A DNA stretch of 64,000 nt from Candidatus Dojkabacteria bacterium. Lineage in GTDB: Bacteria; Patescibacteriota; Dojkabacteria; J137. Below are positions 13,452 through 22,003 of this stretch, in pieces. A program made the translations under genes and the position numbers. Where the stretch lies: assembly GCA_030834985.1 (NCBI GenBank), contig JAUQWV010000006.1, positions 140,168 through 204,167 of the forward strand, written 5' to 3'. Positions within the stretch are counted from its first letter, which is position 1. Every line of letters starts with the position of its first letter. Below the pieces are notes generated by a model, which did not search any database, was not told where the DNA came from, and saw only the letters and a list, made by a program, of their open reading frames with translations.

Positions 13452-13480
13452 GATTGTACACTTTTAGATATTTATTTGCA
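13452..13480 (-). promoter_or_regulatory. Candidate sigma70-type promoter upstream of the rRNA operon (TTGCAA-17-TACAAT on the minus strand)
   Basis: The minus strand reads ttgcaa ataaatatctaaaagtg tacaat, with a 17-nt spacer, about 300 nt upstream of the mature 16S 5' end. No experimental support. Several AT-rich hexamers in this region could serve as well. Confidence 0.3.
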
Positions 13481-13521
13481 AGAGTTTTTACAAAGTTTTT
13501 AAAGAAAATTCTAGAGGGCAA

Positions 13522-14106
13522 TTACATTACTTTATACACTGTATCGCGGGTTTTACCCTGTTGCCGTATAAAGCCCATAGATTCTAGCTTTTCCATGTCA
13601 CGTCGTAGTGTTCTTGGCGTGACTGTACTAAAGGCAGCACTAACATTAGACATCTTAGAATCTAGATTTGTTCTTAGATAATCAAGTAATTGCTGTTGTC
13701 TTAAATTTAAATTATTAACAGATAACGATTTATTGCTGCTTGACTCGTTTATAGCTCGAACTACTTTTTTTAAGACTTTTTTAGAAGGTCTTTTTAATTT
13801 CTTTGTAGTTTTTTTATAGTTTTTTTTAGCAGCTGGAAATGTTGAAGTTAAAGTTCCCATCGCAGACTCTAACTTATCCAAATCTACTCTTTCTTCAATC
13901 TCACGTTTTACTTCGTCTAGAAAATTATTTTGGCTAACACTCTGCTCAAGCTCTTCAGCTTTTTCAGAAACATTCTGAAAAAGCGCCTTAAATAGCCGTT
14001 TATTCTTTTTAATATAGATATAACCGACAATAAAAATCCCAATTACGGAGAAAATTGCTACTACTAATGAAACCAATCTAAAAGAATTTTTCATTAAATC
14101 GGACAA
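13522..14106 (-). CDS. Membrane-anchored protein with a C-terminal DeoR-type winged-HTH-like domain
   Basis: 194 aa. N-terminal TM FRLVSLVVAIFSVIGIFIVGYIYI. C-terminal segment LRQQQLLDYLRTN...MSNVSAAFSTVTPRTLRRDMEKLESMGFIRQQGKTRDTVYKV resembles DeoR N-terminal HTH domains. Confidence 0.5.
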   Translation of the reverse strand: MSDLMKNSFRLVSLVVAIFSVIGIFIVGYIYIKKNKRLFKALFQNVSEKAEELEQSVSQNNFLDEVKREIEERVDLDKLESAMGTLTSTFPAAKKNYKKTTKKLKRPSKKVLKKVVRAINESSSNKSLSVNNLNLRQQQLLDYLRTNLDSKMSNVSAAFSTVTPRTLRRDMEKLESMGFIRQQGKTRDTVYKVM

Positions 14107-14156
14107 AAAATTAACTCAAGTTAATAATAATACTACTTAAAGTTAAACTCAAGTTT

Positions 14157-16775
14157 TTACAACTCTCCCCAAATATTTCCGATATTAACTTCCACCTTAT
14201 ACTCTACACCTAAATCTAAAGCTGTCCTCATTGCATCTTTGATTTCAGTTATAAAAGCATTAAGGTTTTCATCTGATTTATCTGCTGCTTCAAATTCAAA
14301 TAAATATTCATCGTGTATTTGAAGAAGTAACTTTACATTATACTTTTCAATTATGCTTGGGAATTTAGACATTGCAGTCTTCATAATATCTGCTGCACTT
14401 CCTTGAATTACAAAATTGAATAATTCCCTTTCTGCCGCCTGTCTTAATGCTCTGTTATTAGATCTAATCATTTCATTTATTCTTCTTCTACCTAATATAG
14501 TTTCGCTATACCCAGTTTCTTTCGCAGAGTTAATCGTATTATCTAAAAACGCTTTTACCTTAGGGTAATTTGCAAAGTACTTTTTAATAAATGTATCAGC
14601 AATTGCACGGTTTAGGCCTAGCCTTTCGGACAGCCCAAAAGCTGAAATTCCGTAGATGACCGAAAAGTTGACTGTTTTTCCAATCTGTCTTTGTTTTATA
14701 TCTACCTCTTCAACAGCAACATCAAATAATTCACTTGCTGTTATCTTATGAATATCTACCCCATTATTAAAACTATCTACCATAACATCCTCTTTTGACA
14801 AGGCTGCCAAAATTCTAAGCTCTTGCTGAGAATAATCGAACGAAACAAATAAACTTTTAGAGCTCGAAACAAAAGCATTTCTAATATTAACTCCATAAGC
14901 TTCTGTAAACGGAATGTTTTGCAGGTTAGGGTTTTTGGAAGAATATCTACCACTAACTGCACCAAACTGATCAAAAATAGCTCTGATCTTTCCGTCGTTA
15001 TCCACATACTCTGGCAATGCATTTACGTAAGTATTCAATAATTTATCTACTTCGCGATAGCCAAGCAAGTTTTCGATGATAGGATCTAAGCCCACTAATG
15101 ACCGTAATGTAGATTCATTAGTACTTAATGCGCCGCCCTTTGTTTTCTTACCAGTAGGTAAGGCTTTTTCCTTAAATAGGACATCGGAAACTTGCTTAGG
15201 TGAATTTAAGTTAAATTCATGGCCAGCACTTAAATAAACATTTGTTTGAAACTCTTCAAGCTTCTCAGTAAGTATTCTGTTGAACTTAGCTAATTCTTGT
15301 CTGTCAACAGTGATACCATTTTGTTCCATTTCAACAGTTATGTATAAAACCGTGTCTTCTAGTTCAATAAGTTTAGATTTTTGGTTAATTTCTTTTTCCT
15401 TTGAAGCTAAAAAGTTGTCCAGCTCTACAAGTGAAGATATATTTGCAGTTACTGTGCCATCTGAATAAATACCAGCCCATCCAAATATACTCTTTAGCTC
15501 GAACTTTGCCCGTCCTTCTGCCACAATAAATGAATCAATACCTAAATCCTTTATTTTAATATCTCTAAGATTTTTAAATTCAAGGTTTAATAAACTGTGG
15601 AGCAAAATTTTTTTATCGAATGTTATAAATTCTATCTGGTTATGCACTTCAAAAAATTTTGCTATATCAGCCTCCTCTACCCTATAAACTTTATTACTCT
15701 TTAAATCTAATGCTAATAAATAGTTTAACTTCCAATGAACAGGGCTTAAGTTACCATTTTCTAAATCACTTAAAATATAAAGCTGTGTAGTATTTAGAAG
15801 TTTTCCATCCCAAGCTAACTCAGGATATGATTGAGTAGTTTTTGAACCATTTGTATTTCCAAAGAGATCCAATTCTGCAGGATCTTCAGCAATATTATAA
15901 ATTTCAAAAAACTTATCTAACCTAGACATTAACGATCTGAACTGCATTTCCTGAAAAAATTTTATAACCTTTTTACGATTTATTACAGAAAAATTAGTAT
16001 GCTCATAGTTAAAGCTTATAGGAATATCTTTATAGATTGTTGCTAACTGCTTTGATAAAAAAGCCTCTTCTTGTCCATCAATCAATTTTTTTTGATATCT
16101 AGGCTCTATTTGGTCGATTTTTGCATACATTTCTTCAATAGTACCGTATTTATTTATTAAATCAGCTGCACCCTTAGCACCAATTCCTGCTACACCTGGA
16201 ATATTATCGGATGTATCACCACTTAGACCTTTCAAATCAGTTATATATTTAGGAGCTACTCCCATTTTTTCTTTAACCATTTCTGCATCGTATAGTTTAG
16301 ATTCAGAGAACTTATGTCCCGCTAAATATACAAATGTATCTTCATCCACTAGCTGTAAAAGGTCCCTATCACCAGTAACAATAACTGTTCGCATTACATC
16401 GTTTGAATACTTATCATCAAGAGTACCAATTAAATCATCTGCTTCAATTCCATCTTGAATAACCATTGGGATATCAAACATTTGAATTAAGTCATACACC
16501 TTAGGAAATTGACTAATTAGTAACTCATCAGTTTCTGCTCTATTTGCTTTATACTGTGTAAATTCTGTACTACGGACAGTAGGACCATGCGAATCAAATA
16601 CAGCAACTACCCTTGTAGGCGTAAACTTTGACAATACATCTAAAAGTAGACCTGCAAAACCATAGACAGCATTAGTAGGTTCTCCTTTTGCATTACTTAA
16701 GGTTGGTGGAAATGCGTGGAAAGCTCTATGTATTAGCGCATGCGAATCAATTATTAAAAATGTTTTTTTGTCCAT
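14157..16775 (-). CDS. polA: DNA polymerase I (5'-3' exonuclease plus polymerase; 3'-5' exonuclease motifs appear degenerate)
   Basis: 872 aa. 5'-nuclease N-terminus (LIIDSHALIHRAFHAF...). Polymerase motif A DYSQQELRILA, motif B RQIGKTVNFSVIYGISAFG, motif C QIHDEYLFE. The Exo I-like position reads ALDLKSN (Glu missing), which suggests an inactive proofreading domain. This is inference from the motif only. Confidence 0.9.
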   Translation of the reverse strand: MDKKTFLIIDSHALIHRAFHAFPPTLSNAKGEPTNAVYGFAGLLLDVLSKFTPTRVVAVFDSHGPTVRSTEFTQYKANRAETDELLISQFPKVYDLIQMFDIPMVIQDGIEADDLIGTLDDKYSNDVMRTVIVTGDRDLLQLVDEDTFVYLAGHKFSESKLYDAEMVKEKMGVAPKYITDLKGLSGDTSDNIPGVAGIGAKGAADLINKYGTIEEMYAKIDQIEPRYQKKLIDGQEEAFLSKQLATIYKDIPISFNYEHTNFSVINRKKVIKFFQEMQFRSLMSRLDKFFEIYNIAEDPAELDLFGNTNGSKTTQSYPELAWDGKLLNTTQLYILSDLENGNLSPVHWKLNYLLALDLKSNKVYRVEEADIAKFFEVHNQIEFITFDKKILLHSLLNLEFKNLRDIKIKDLGIDSFIVAEGRAKFELKSIFGWAGIYSDGTVTANISSLVELDNFLASKEKEINQKSKLIELEDTVLYITVEMEQNGITVDRQELAKFNRILTEKLEEFQTNVYLSAGHEFNLNSPKQVSDVLFKEKALPTGKKTKGGALSTNESTLRSLVGLDPIIENLLGYREVDKLLNTYVNALPEYVDNDGKIRAIFDQFGAVSGRYSSKNPNLQNIPFTEAYGVNIRNAFVSSSKSLFVSFDYSQQELRILAALSKEDVMVDSFNNGVDIHKITASELFDVAVEEVDIKQRQIGKTVNFSVIYGISAFGLSERLGLNRAIADTFIKKYFANYPKVKAFLDNTINSAKETGYSETILGRRRINEMIRSNNRALRQAAERELFNFVIQGSAADIMKTAMSKFPSIIEKYNVKLLLQIHDEYLFEFEAADKSDENLNAFITEIKDAMRTALDLGVEYKVEVNIGNIWGEL

Positions 16776-16797
16776 TATTAAGCTTTAAGCTGTCTAA

Positions 16798-19161
16798 TCA
16801 AAAAAGCGCGTCAAATTCCTCTTTAGACAAAACTTCTTTATCAAGCAATACATTAGCTACTTTACCTAATTTTTCTCTATTATCTTCTAAGATTTTCTTT
16901 GCATTGGCGTATGCTTTTTCAATAATTGTTCGAACTTCAGTATCGATCTCTTCCGCAGTTTTTTCTGAATATTCTTTACTTGTACTATAGGCATATCCTA
17001 AATATTCATTTTCTTCAAAGTCTCCATATTGAACAAGACCTAGCTTACTGCTCATACCGAATTTTTGAACCATTCTGCGGGCAACTGCAGTTGCTTTCTC
17101 TATATCATTTGACGCTCCTGTAGAAACATCATCTAGAGCAATCTCTTCTGCTGCTCTACCGCCTAGTGTTACGGTAATATCTGCTAACAACTTACCTTTA
17201 GACATTATATACTCATCATTTTCCGGTAAGAACATCGTTACCCCTCCTGAAGATCCTCGCGATACAATAGAAATTCTATCAACTGGTGTAGCATTTGGAG
17301 TAAACTTTGCAACTACTGCATGACCTGCCTCGTGATAGGCAACAAGCTTCATCTCATTGTCTGTTCTTTTTCGCGAACGCTTAGCTGGCCCTAACATTAC
17401 TTTAGATACAGCTTCATCTATATCCTCGTTTGTTATTTCTTTACGATTAGCGTTCGCGGCAATGATGGCAGATTCATTTAAAATATTTTCTAAATCAGCC
17501 CCAGTAAAGCCAACTGTTCTTTTAGCAACTCTATAAAGATCCACATCTGCAGCAAAAGGCTTGTTCTGCCCATGTATTTCTAGGATTTTCTTTCTACCTT
17601 CTGCATCAGGAAGCTCAATCCTTACCTGTCGATCGAATCTTCCAGGTCTTAGAATAGCCGGATCAAGAACATCAGGTCTGTTTGTTGCAGCAAGAACTAT
17701 CACATTTGTATTCTTTTCAAAACCATCCATTTCAACCAGAATCTGGTTCAAAGTTTGCTCTGTGGCACCAGTTTGCACTTTTGTACCTCGTTTTCTTGCT
17801 ACTGCATCAATTTCATCGATAAAGATAAGGGCGGGTGCTGCCTTTTTAGCCTTATCGAATAAATCCCGAACTCTTGAAGCACCCGCCCCAACTAACATCT
17901 CTTCAAATTCAGAGCCTGAAGTATGGAAGAACGGGACTCTAGCTTCTCCTGCTATTGCACGAGCTAGCAAGGTTTTACCTGTACCTGGAGGGCCTACTAA
18001 TAGTATTCCCTTTGGGATTCTAGCGCCTAGCTTTCTATATTTATTAGGATTTTTTAAGAAGTCAACAATTTCGAATAGTTCGTTTCTAGCTTCATCAATA
18101 CCAGCTACATCATCAAAAGTAGTGTCAGTTTTTGATCCAAAAAAGATCTTAGCTCTGCTCTGCCCAAACTGCATAATACCCATACCAGAACCTTGAGCAC
18201 CTCTAAAGATAAAGAATATTAATACAACAAAGCCAACAAGAGTGATGATATTAATTATGTCAGAAAAGCCCACTCCTGTAGGAACGTTTACTGCTAATAT
18301 TTCAACATTGTCTAAGGATAAAGATATGCCTTCATTTTGAAGAAGATCTGTGAATGAATAAATATTTGGATTCCAGTCTACATAAACCTTCTGAACCATA
18401 TCCGGTTTTATCCTTGCAATAAATGAATTATTTATTGACCAGATATTAGAAAATTGATGGTCGTTCTTTCTATCTAAGAAAGATCTGGAATCTACCGATG
18501 ATGCAGCGCTGCGCAATCTAGTTACCGGTGTCGGAATTGATTCAATACTTAGGTTTTTATCTGCTAGTCTTTTTTGAAAATCACTTTCTGTAACATCCTT
18601 TACAATGATATCCTTCTGTCCTACAGGTCTAAGCCCGATAATAAAATTATCTGCTACAATTACTTCTTTGATAACTGAAGATTGATTATTTAAGATAGCC
18701 TTTAAAGCAGATAAAGCATCTACACTTTCAAAGTTAGCTACAAATTGATCCAATGTTTGAATTTCAAAACCATCATTAGTTTCGGTAGTTAATTTATAGT
18801 CAGAAGATGACTGTACATCGACATCTTTTGAATTGGCAATAACATAAGCTTTATCTGAAGCTAATATTTTGCCGTCGTTTTGAACATAAACCTGCCAAAA
18901 TCTATTATCTTTGATTCCTCTAACTACTGAATCCAGTGTAGTTAATGAAGCAGAATTATCTGATCTATTAAATATACTTACCCCTATTAAAAGAAGTACA
19001 AAAATAGCAATAATAGGAATCAAGGGATTTATTCTTAATATATTACTTCTGCTTGGACGTCTACCCTTTTTTTGAGCAGATTTAAGCTTATTAATAATCT
19101 CTTCGGAAATTCTATCGACCTCTTGCTGTGATTGCTGGTCTTTATTCTTTTGTTTGTCCAT
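16798..19161 (-). CDS. ftsH: ATP-dependent zinc metalloprotease FtsH with an unusually long (~230 aa) extracytoplasmic domain between TM1 and TM2
   Basis: 787 aa. TM1 PLIPIIAIFVLLLIGVSIF (~aa 47-66). TM2 IINIITLVGFVVLIFFIF (~aa 300). AAA+ Walker A GPPGTGKTLLARAIAGE. Second region of homology. Zn site HEAGHAV. Confidence 0.9.
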   Translation of the reverse strand: MDKQKNKDQQSQQEVDRISEEIINKLKSAQKKGRRPSRSNILRINPLIPIIAIFVLLLIGVSIFNRSDNSASLTTLDSVVRGIKDNRFWQVYVQNDGKILASDKAYVIANSKDVDVQSSSDYKLTTETNDGFEIQTLDQFVANFESVDALSALKAILNNQSSVIKEVIVADNFIIGLRPVGQKDIIVKDVTESDFQKRLADKNLSIESIPTPVTRLRSAASSVDSRSFLDRKNDHQFSNIWSINNSFIARIKPDMVQKVYVDWNPNIYSFTDLLQNEGISLSLDNVEILAVNVPTGVGFSDIINIITLVGFVVLIFFIFRGAQGSGMGIMQFGQSRAKIFFGSKTDTTFDDVAGIDEARNELFEIVDFLKNPNKYRKLGARIPKGILLVGPPGTGKTLLARAIAGEARVPFFHTSGSEFEEMLVGAGASRVRDLFDKAKKAAPALIFIDEIDAVARKRGTKVQTGATEQTLNQILVEMDGFEKNTNVIVLAATNRPDVLDPAILRPGRFDRQVRIELPDAEGRKKILEIHGQNKPFAADVDLYRVAKRTVGFTGADLENILNESAIIAANANRKEITNEDIDEAVSKVMLGPAKRSRKRTDNEMKLVAYHEAGHAVVAKFTPNATPVDRISIVSRGSSGGVTMFLPENDEYIMSKGKLLADITVTLGGRAAEEIALDDVSTGASNDIEKATAVARRMVQKFGMSSKLGLVQYGDFEENEYLGYAYSTSKEYSEKTAEEIDTEVRTIIEKAYANAKKILEDNREKLGKVANVLLDKEVLSKEEFDALF

Positions 19162-19219
19162 ATTTTTATCTATTAATCTGTTTATTATATCGTAAGTATA
19201 CCTTTTGGGAGCAAAAAAG

Positions 19220-19293
19220 TATCAGGGGGCGGAATCGAACCGCCGCTCTCGGGTTTATGAATCCCGTGCTTTAACCGACTAAGCTACCCTGAC
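19220..19293 (-). tRNA. tRNA with CAU anticodon, elongator-type (Met, or possibly lysidine-modified Ile2)
   Basis: Reverse complement GTCAGGGTAGCTTAGTCGGTTAAAGCACGGGATTCATAAACCCGAGAGCGGCGGTTCGATTCCGCCCCCTGATA. G1:U72 closes the acceptor stem (no C1xA72 mismatch). Anticodon loop TTCATAA. T-loop TTCGATT. Confidence 0.75.
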
Positions 19294-19350
19294 ATTAATG
19301 AACATAAGGATTTTATCAAAAATATCCATTTTATGTCTGAATAAAAATTC

Positions 19351-19380
19351 AAAAGCCCCTACAAACGTGTAGGGGCTTTT
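19351..19380. terminator. Symmetric hairpin between the two CAU tRNAs
   Basis: The sequence aaaagcccctaca-aacg-tgtaggggctttt has A/T runs on both sides and immediately follows the 3' CCA of the upstream initiator tRNA. Confidence 0.5.
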
Positions 19381-19454
19381 GGTTGCGGGGGTCCGATTCG
19401 AACGGACGACCTCCAGGTTATGAGCCTGACGAGCTGCCACTGCTCTACCCCGCG
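19380..19454 (-). tRNA. Initiator tRNA-fMet (CAU), CCA encoded
   Basis: Reverse complement CGCGGGGTAGAGCAGTGGCAGCTCGTCAGGCTCATAACCTGGAGGTCGTCCGTTCGAATCGGACCCCCGCAACCA. C1xA72 mismatch and a CGCGGGG start as in bacterial initiators. The anticodon stem has only two of the three canonical G:C pairs (29:41 is A:U). Confidence 0.8.
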
Positions 19455-19491
19455 ATCATTAATTTTAAATGCATTGGATTATACCAAAGAA

Positions 19492-19905
19492 TCACCAAGC
19501 TATCAATTTAGCCCACCAATCCGAAAACTCTGTTTTATCCTGAATATCTAAGTATTCAAGCTCTTCAAAGAAGAAACTTGCCTTATCTTTGGTACTGAAT
19601 AAGTTCTCTTCTGGCTTAGCCAAATTTTGAGCATCTCGAAGCAATAGAGCTTTATACTCATCAGAAGTCACATACTTATATTCTTCACTCAATACTTGAT
19701 TTTTCTCGAGCAGTTTTTCTAAGTCCGTCCCTTCTTCTAGATATGTTGCATAATTGCTTTGACCATTAGTAAAAATCCTAATGATATTACCGGCAATCAC
19801 CAATACTAAGAAGCCTAGAGCAATAGACAGTACAACACCGTCAAACTTGACTTCGCTTAAGTTACTTCTTGCTTTTTGTAGGGCTCTTTTAAATAGTCCT
19901 GGCAT
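19492..19905 (-). CDS. Hypothetical membrane protein
   Basis: 137 aa ORF with one TM helix (VVLSIALGFLVLVIAGNIIRIF). No recognisable motif. Confidence 0.45.
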   Translation of the reverse strand: MPGLFKRALQKARSNLSEVKFDGVVLSIALGFLVLVIAGNIIRIFTNGQSNYATYLEEGTDLEKLLEKNQVLSEEYKYVTSDEYKALLLRDAQNLAKPEENLFSTKDKASFFFEELEYLDIQDKTEFSDWWAKLIAW

Positions 19906-19980
19906 AAATTTTAAACCTCGTTGACCCTATAATATACCCATGTTAATATTTTGTCACTTATAAACCATATCCTATAATTT

Positions 19981-20850
19981 ATGGAAACTGAAAAATTGAT
20001 AAGTGACTTTATTAACTATCTTAGAAGAAGAGGAAAAGCGAAGTCAACATTAATTGCTTACCAAAATGATGTTACCCAGCTCTCTGAAAGTAATGTTAAT
20101 AAATCTCTTGTTGATTTTACAGAGGATGATATTAAGCATGGGCTTAATTTTTTACAAACTACCTACTCTCTTTCTCCTAAAACAATCTCAAGAAAGCTAA
20201 ATAGTATAAGGACTTTTTATAAATTCCTTGAAGAAAAAAAATATGTAAATAAAAATCCTACATTAAATATCTCTCATCCTAAATTTAGGATTAAAAAACA
20301 AAGATTTTTAACAAAACTTGAATACTTGGCATTAAAAGAAGAAAGCCGAGAAAATCCTAAAATATATATGCTTATTGAATTTCTATTACAAACAGGAGTA
20401 AGAATAGGTGAAGTATCTAGAATAAAAATCAAAGATGTATTTTTAGATGAGCCTAAGCCTTATGTTTACATCTCTGAGTTTGGAAGCAACAAAGAAAGAA
20501 CAGTCCCATTAAACTCTAAAATAGCAGTAGAACTTAGAGAATACCTAAATACTTATCCTTTTGCTAAAAAGCCAAACGCCCCTTTATTTTCTACAAAATC
20601 GGGGAAAAATATTGAAATCAGAAATATTAGAAGTGCTATTGATAGAGTCATCATTAGAGCAAAAATCAAAAATGCTTGTATAAACGATCTAAGAAACACT
20701 TTTATAGTAAATCAGTTGTCTTACGGGATCTCAATTTCTAAATTAGCTGAAATCGTTGGCCATAAGAATATTGGAACTACAACCAGATATTTAGAACTTC
20801 TAACAAAGAAATACCGAGCAACGGGCGATGATAAAGTTACAGAACTGTAA
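19981..20850 (+). CDS. Tyrosine site-specific recombinase (XerC/XerD/phage-integrase family)
   Basis: 289 aa. N-terminal SAM-like core-binding domain (ISDFINYLRRRGKAKSTLIAYQNDV; RTFYKFLEEKKYV). C-terminal catalytic region: R (GVRIGEVSRIK), K, then LRNTF...VGHKNIGTTTRYLEL with the nucleophile Tyr. Asn replaces the usual His of the HxxR box. Confidence 0.8.
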   Translation: METEKLISDFINYLRRRGKAKSTLIAYQNDVTQLSESNVNKSLVDFTEDDIKHGLNFLQTTYSLSPKTISRKLNSIRTFYKFLEEKKYVNKNPTLNISHPKFRIKKQRFLTKLEYLALKEESRENPKIYMLIEFLLQTGVRIGEVSRIKIKDVFLDEPKPYVYISEFGSNKERTVPLNSKIAVELREYLNTYPFAKKPNAPLFSTKSGKNIEIRNIRSAIDRVIIRAKIKNACINDLRNTFIVNQLSYGISISKLAEIVGHKNIGTTTRYLELLTKKYRATGDDKVTEL

Positions 20851-20859
20851 TTTACAGTA

Positions 20860-21681
20860 TTAAGGAATAAACTCTTCCGGTAAAGTAGCTACCGAGAAAT
20901 CTGTTGAATCAAATTCTTGTGTCCAAACATCAGTAAATTGAACTAATATACTCTTTATTGATTTAAGTGGAGTTTCTGGATTATCAACTTTAGTAACAAG
21001 AAATTGCTTCTTCTTTATTATATTGCAGCTACCATCTGGAAATGTGATAACTTCTTCTACATTACCATCTTCATCTAGCCTTCCACAGACTACTGACACT
21101 AAAGGATCAGTGGAGTTAATTCTTGACGGCTCATAAAGGCTTGTATGTTCATTACCCTCGCTATCTAACCACGTCACTGTAAGCTTGACGTTAAGCATGT
21201 CAAAATCATTACCATTATAGAAACTTATTGTATCCCCCGTAACACCTGCATAAGCAAAGAAGAAATTATCTACTATCTCTCCATTAACAGTAGTTACTTT
21301 TCCTTTATCTAAAACGAACTTATAAATATAGTTATTATGGCAGCCTTCTGTACATGGATTTTCAAGCTTTTTATTGTTTACAAGGGGCTCATGGTTTGCA
21401 ACTTGTGCTCCAGGAAACCTAAATGGTCTTTGGCTTAAGTTTCTAATTTGGCCAGAACGTTGTGGAAATAAGTCTAAAAGAACTCGCTGACGAGACTTAG
21501 AAACACCTGGATTATTTGTAGTTTGAACACCTAACACGTCAGAACCTAAATGATTTGCTCTTGCTGCAGCTACTGCTTCGTCAAAGATATCTTTATATAC
21601 TGATAATACGCTTGGGACTGCCAAACTTACCATAAGGAATATTAAAACTTTCGTTAAATTTTTGGTACTAAACATACACAA
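20860..21681 (-). CDS. Hypothetical secreted protein (N-terminal signal peptide)
   Basis: 273 aa. N-terminus MCMFSTKNLTKVLIFLMVSLAVPSVLS is signal-peptide-like. Four Cys. No known motif recognised. Confidence 0.5.
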   Translation of the reverse strand: MCMFSTKNLTKVLIFLMVSLAVPSVLSVYKDIFDEAVAAARANHLGSDVLGVQTTNNPGVSKSRQRVLLDLFPQRSGQIRNLSQRPFRFPGAQVANHEPLVNNKKLENPCTEGCHNNYIYKFVLDKGKVTTVNGEIVDNFFFAYAGVTGDTISFYNGNDFDMLNVKLTVTWLDSEGNEHTSLYEPSRINSTDPLVSVVCGRLDEDGNVEEVITFPDGSCNIIKKKQFLVTKVDNPETPLKSIKSILVQFTDVWTQEFDSTDFSVATLPEEFIP

Positions 21682-21758
21682 TAATTACTCTTGCTATAGT
21701 TTAGATGACATTCAGGAATGTTGCAATGATTGAAGTATGTTTAAATAGTATGCACAGT

Positions 21759-21795
21759 AGGCCTGCGCAGACTTGAACTGCGGACCCCGGCTTTA
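21759..21795 (-). repeat. Exact 37-nt copy of the 3' half (anticodon-loop to 3' end) of tRNA-Ile(UAU)
   Basis: The sequence aggcctgcgcagacttgaactgcggaccccggcttta is identical to 21846..21882. It diverges at tRNA position ~36. Confidence 0.85.
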
Positions 21796-21844
21796 AAGAG
21801 AAATTTGCAACATGGATAGTTTATGGGTAGATTCTTGTCCCGAC

Positions 21845-21918
21845 TAGGCCTGCGCAGACTTGAACTGCGGACCCCGGCTTTATAAGAACCGTGCTCTAAC
21901 CAGCTGAGCTACAGGCCT
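21845..21918 (-). tRNA. tRNA-Ile with UAU anticodon (reads AUA), complete
   Basis: Reverse complement AGGCCTGTAGCTCAGCTGGTTAGAGCACGGTTCTTATAAAGCCGGGGTCCGCAGTTCAAGTCTGCGCAGGCCTA. 7-bp perfect acceptor stem. D-arm GCTC/GAGC. Anticodon stem CGGTT/AGCCG. Loop CTTATAA (34-36 = TAT). T-arm CGCAG-TTCAAGT-CTGCG. Confidence 0.8.
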
Positions 21919-21968
21919 AGTCGAAATAAGACAGTTGCCCCCATAAACCCAAATTATTCGCAAATTTA

Positions 21969-22003
21969 AAGAACCGTGCTCTAACCAGCTGAGCTACAGG
22001 CCT
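21969..22003 (-). repeat. Exact 35-nt copy of the 5' half (position 1 to anticodon) of tRNA-Ile(UAU)
   Basis: The sequence aagaaccgtgctctaaccagctgagctacaggcct is identical to 21884..21918. It diverges after anticodon position 34. Confidence 0.85.
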
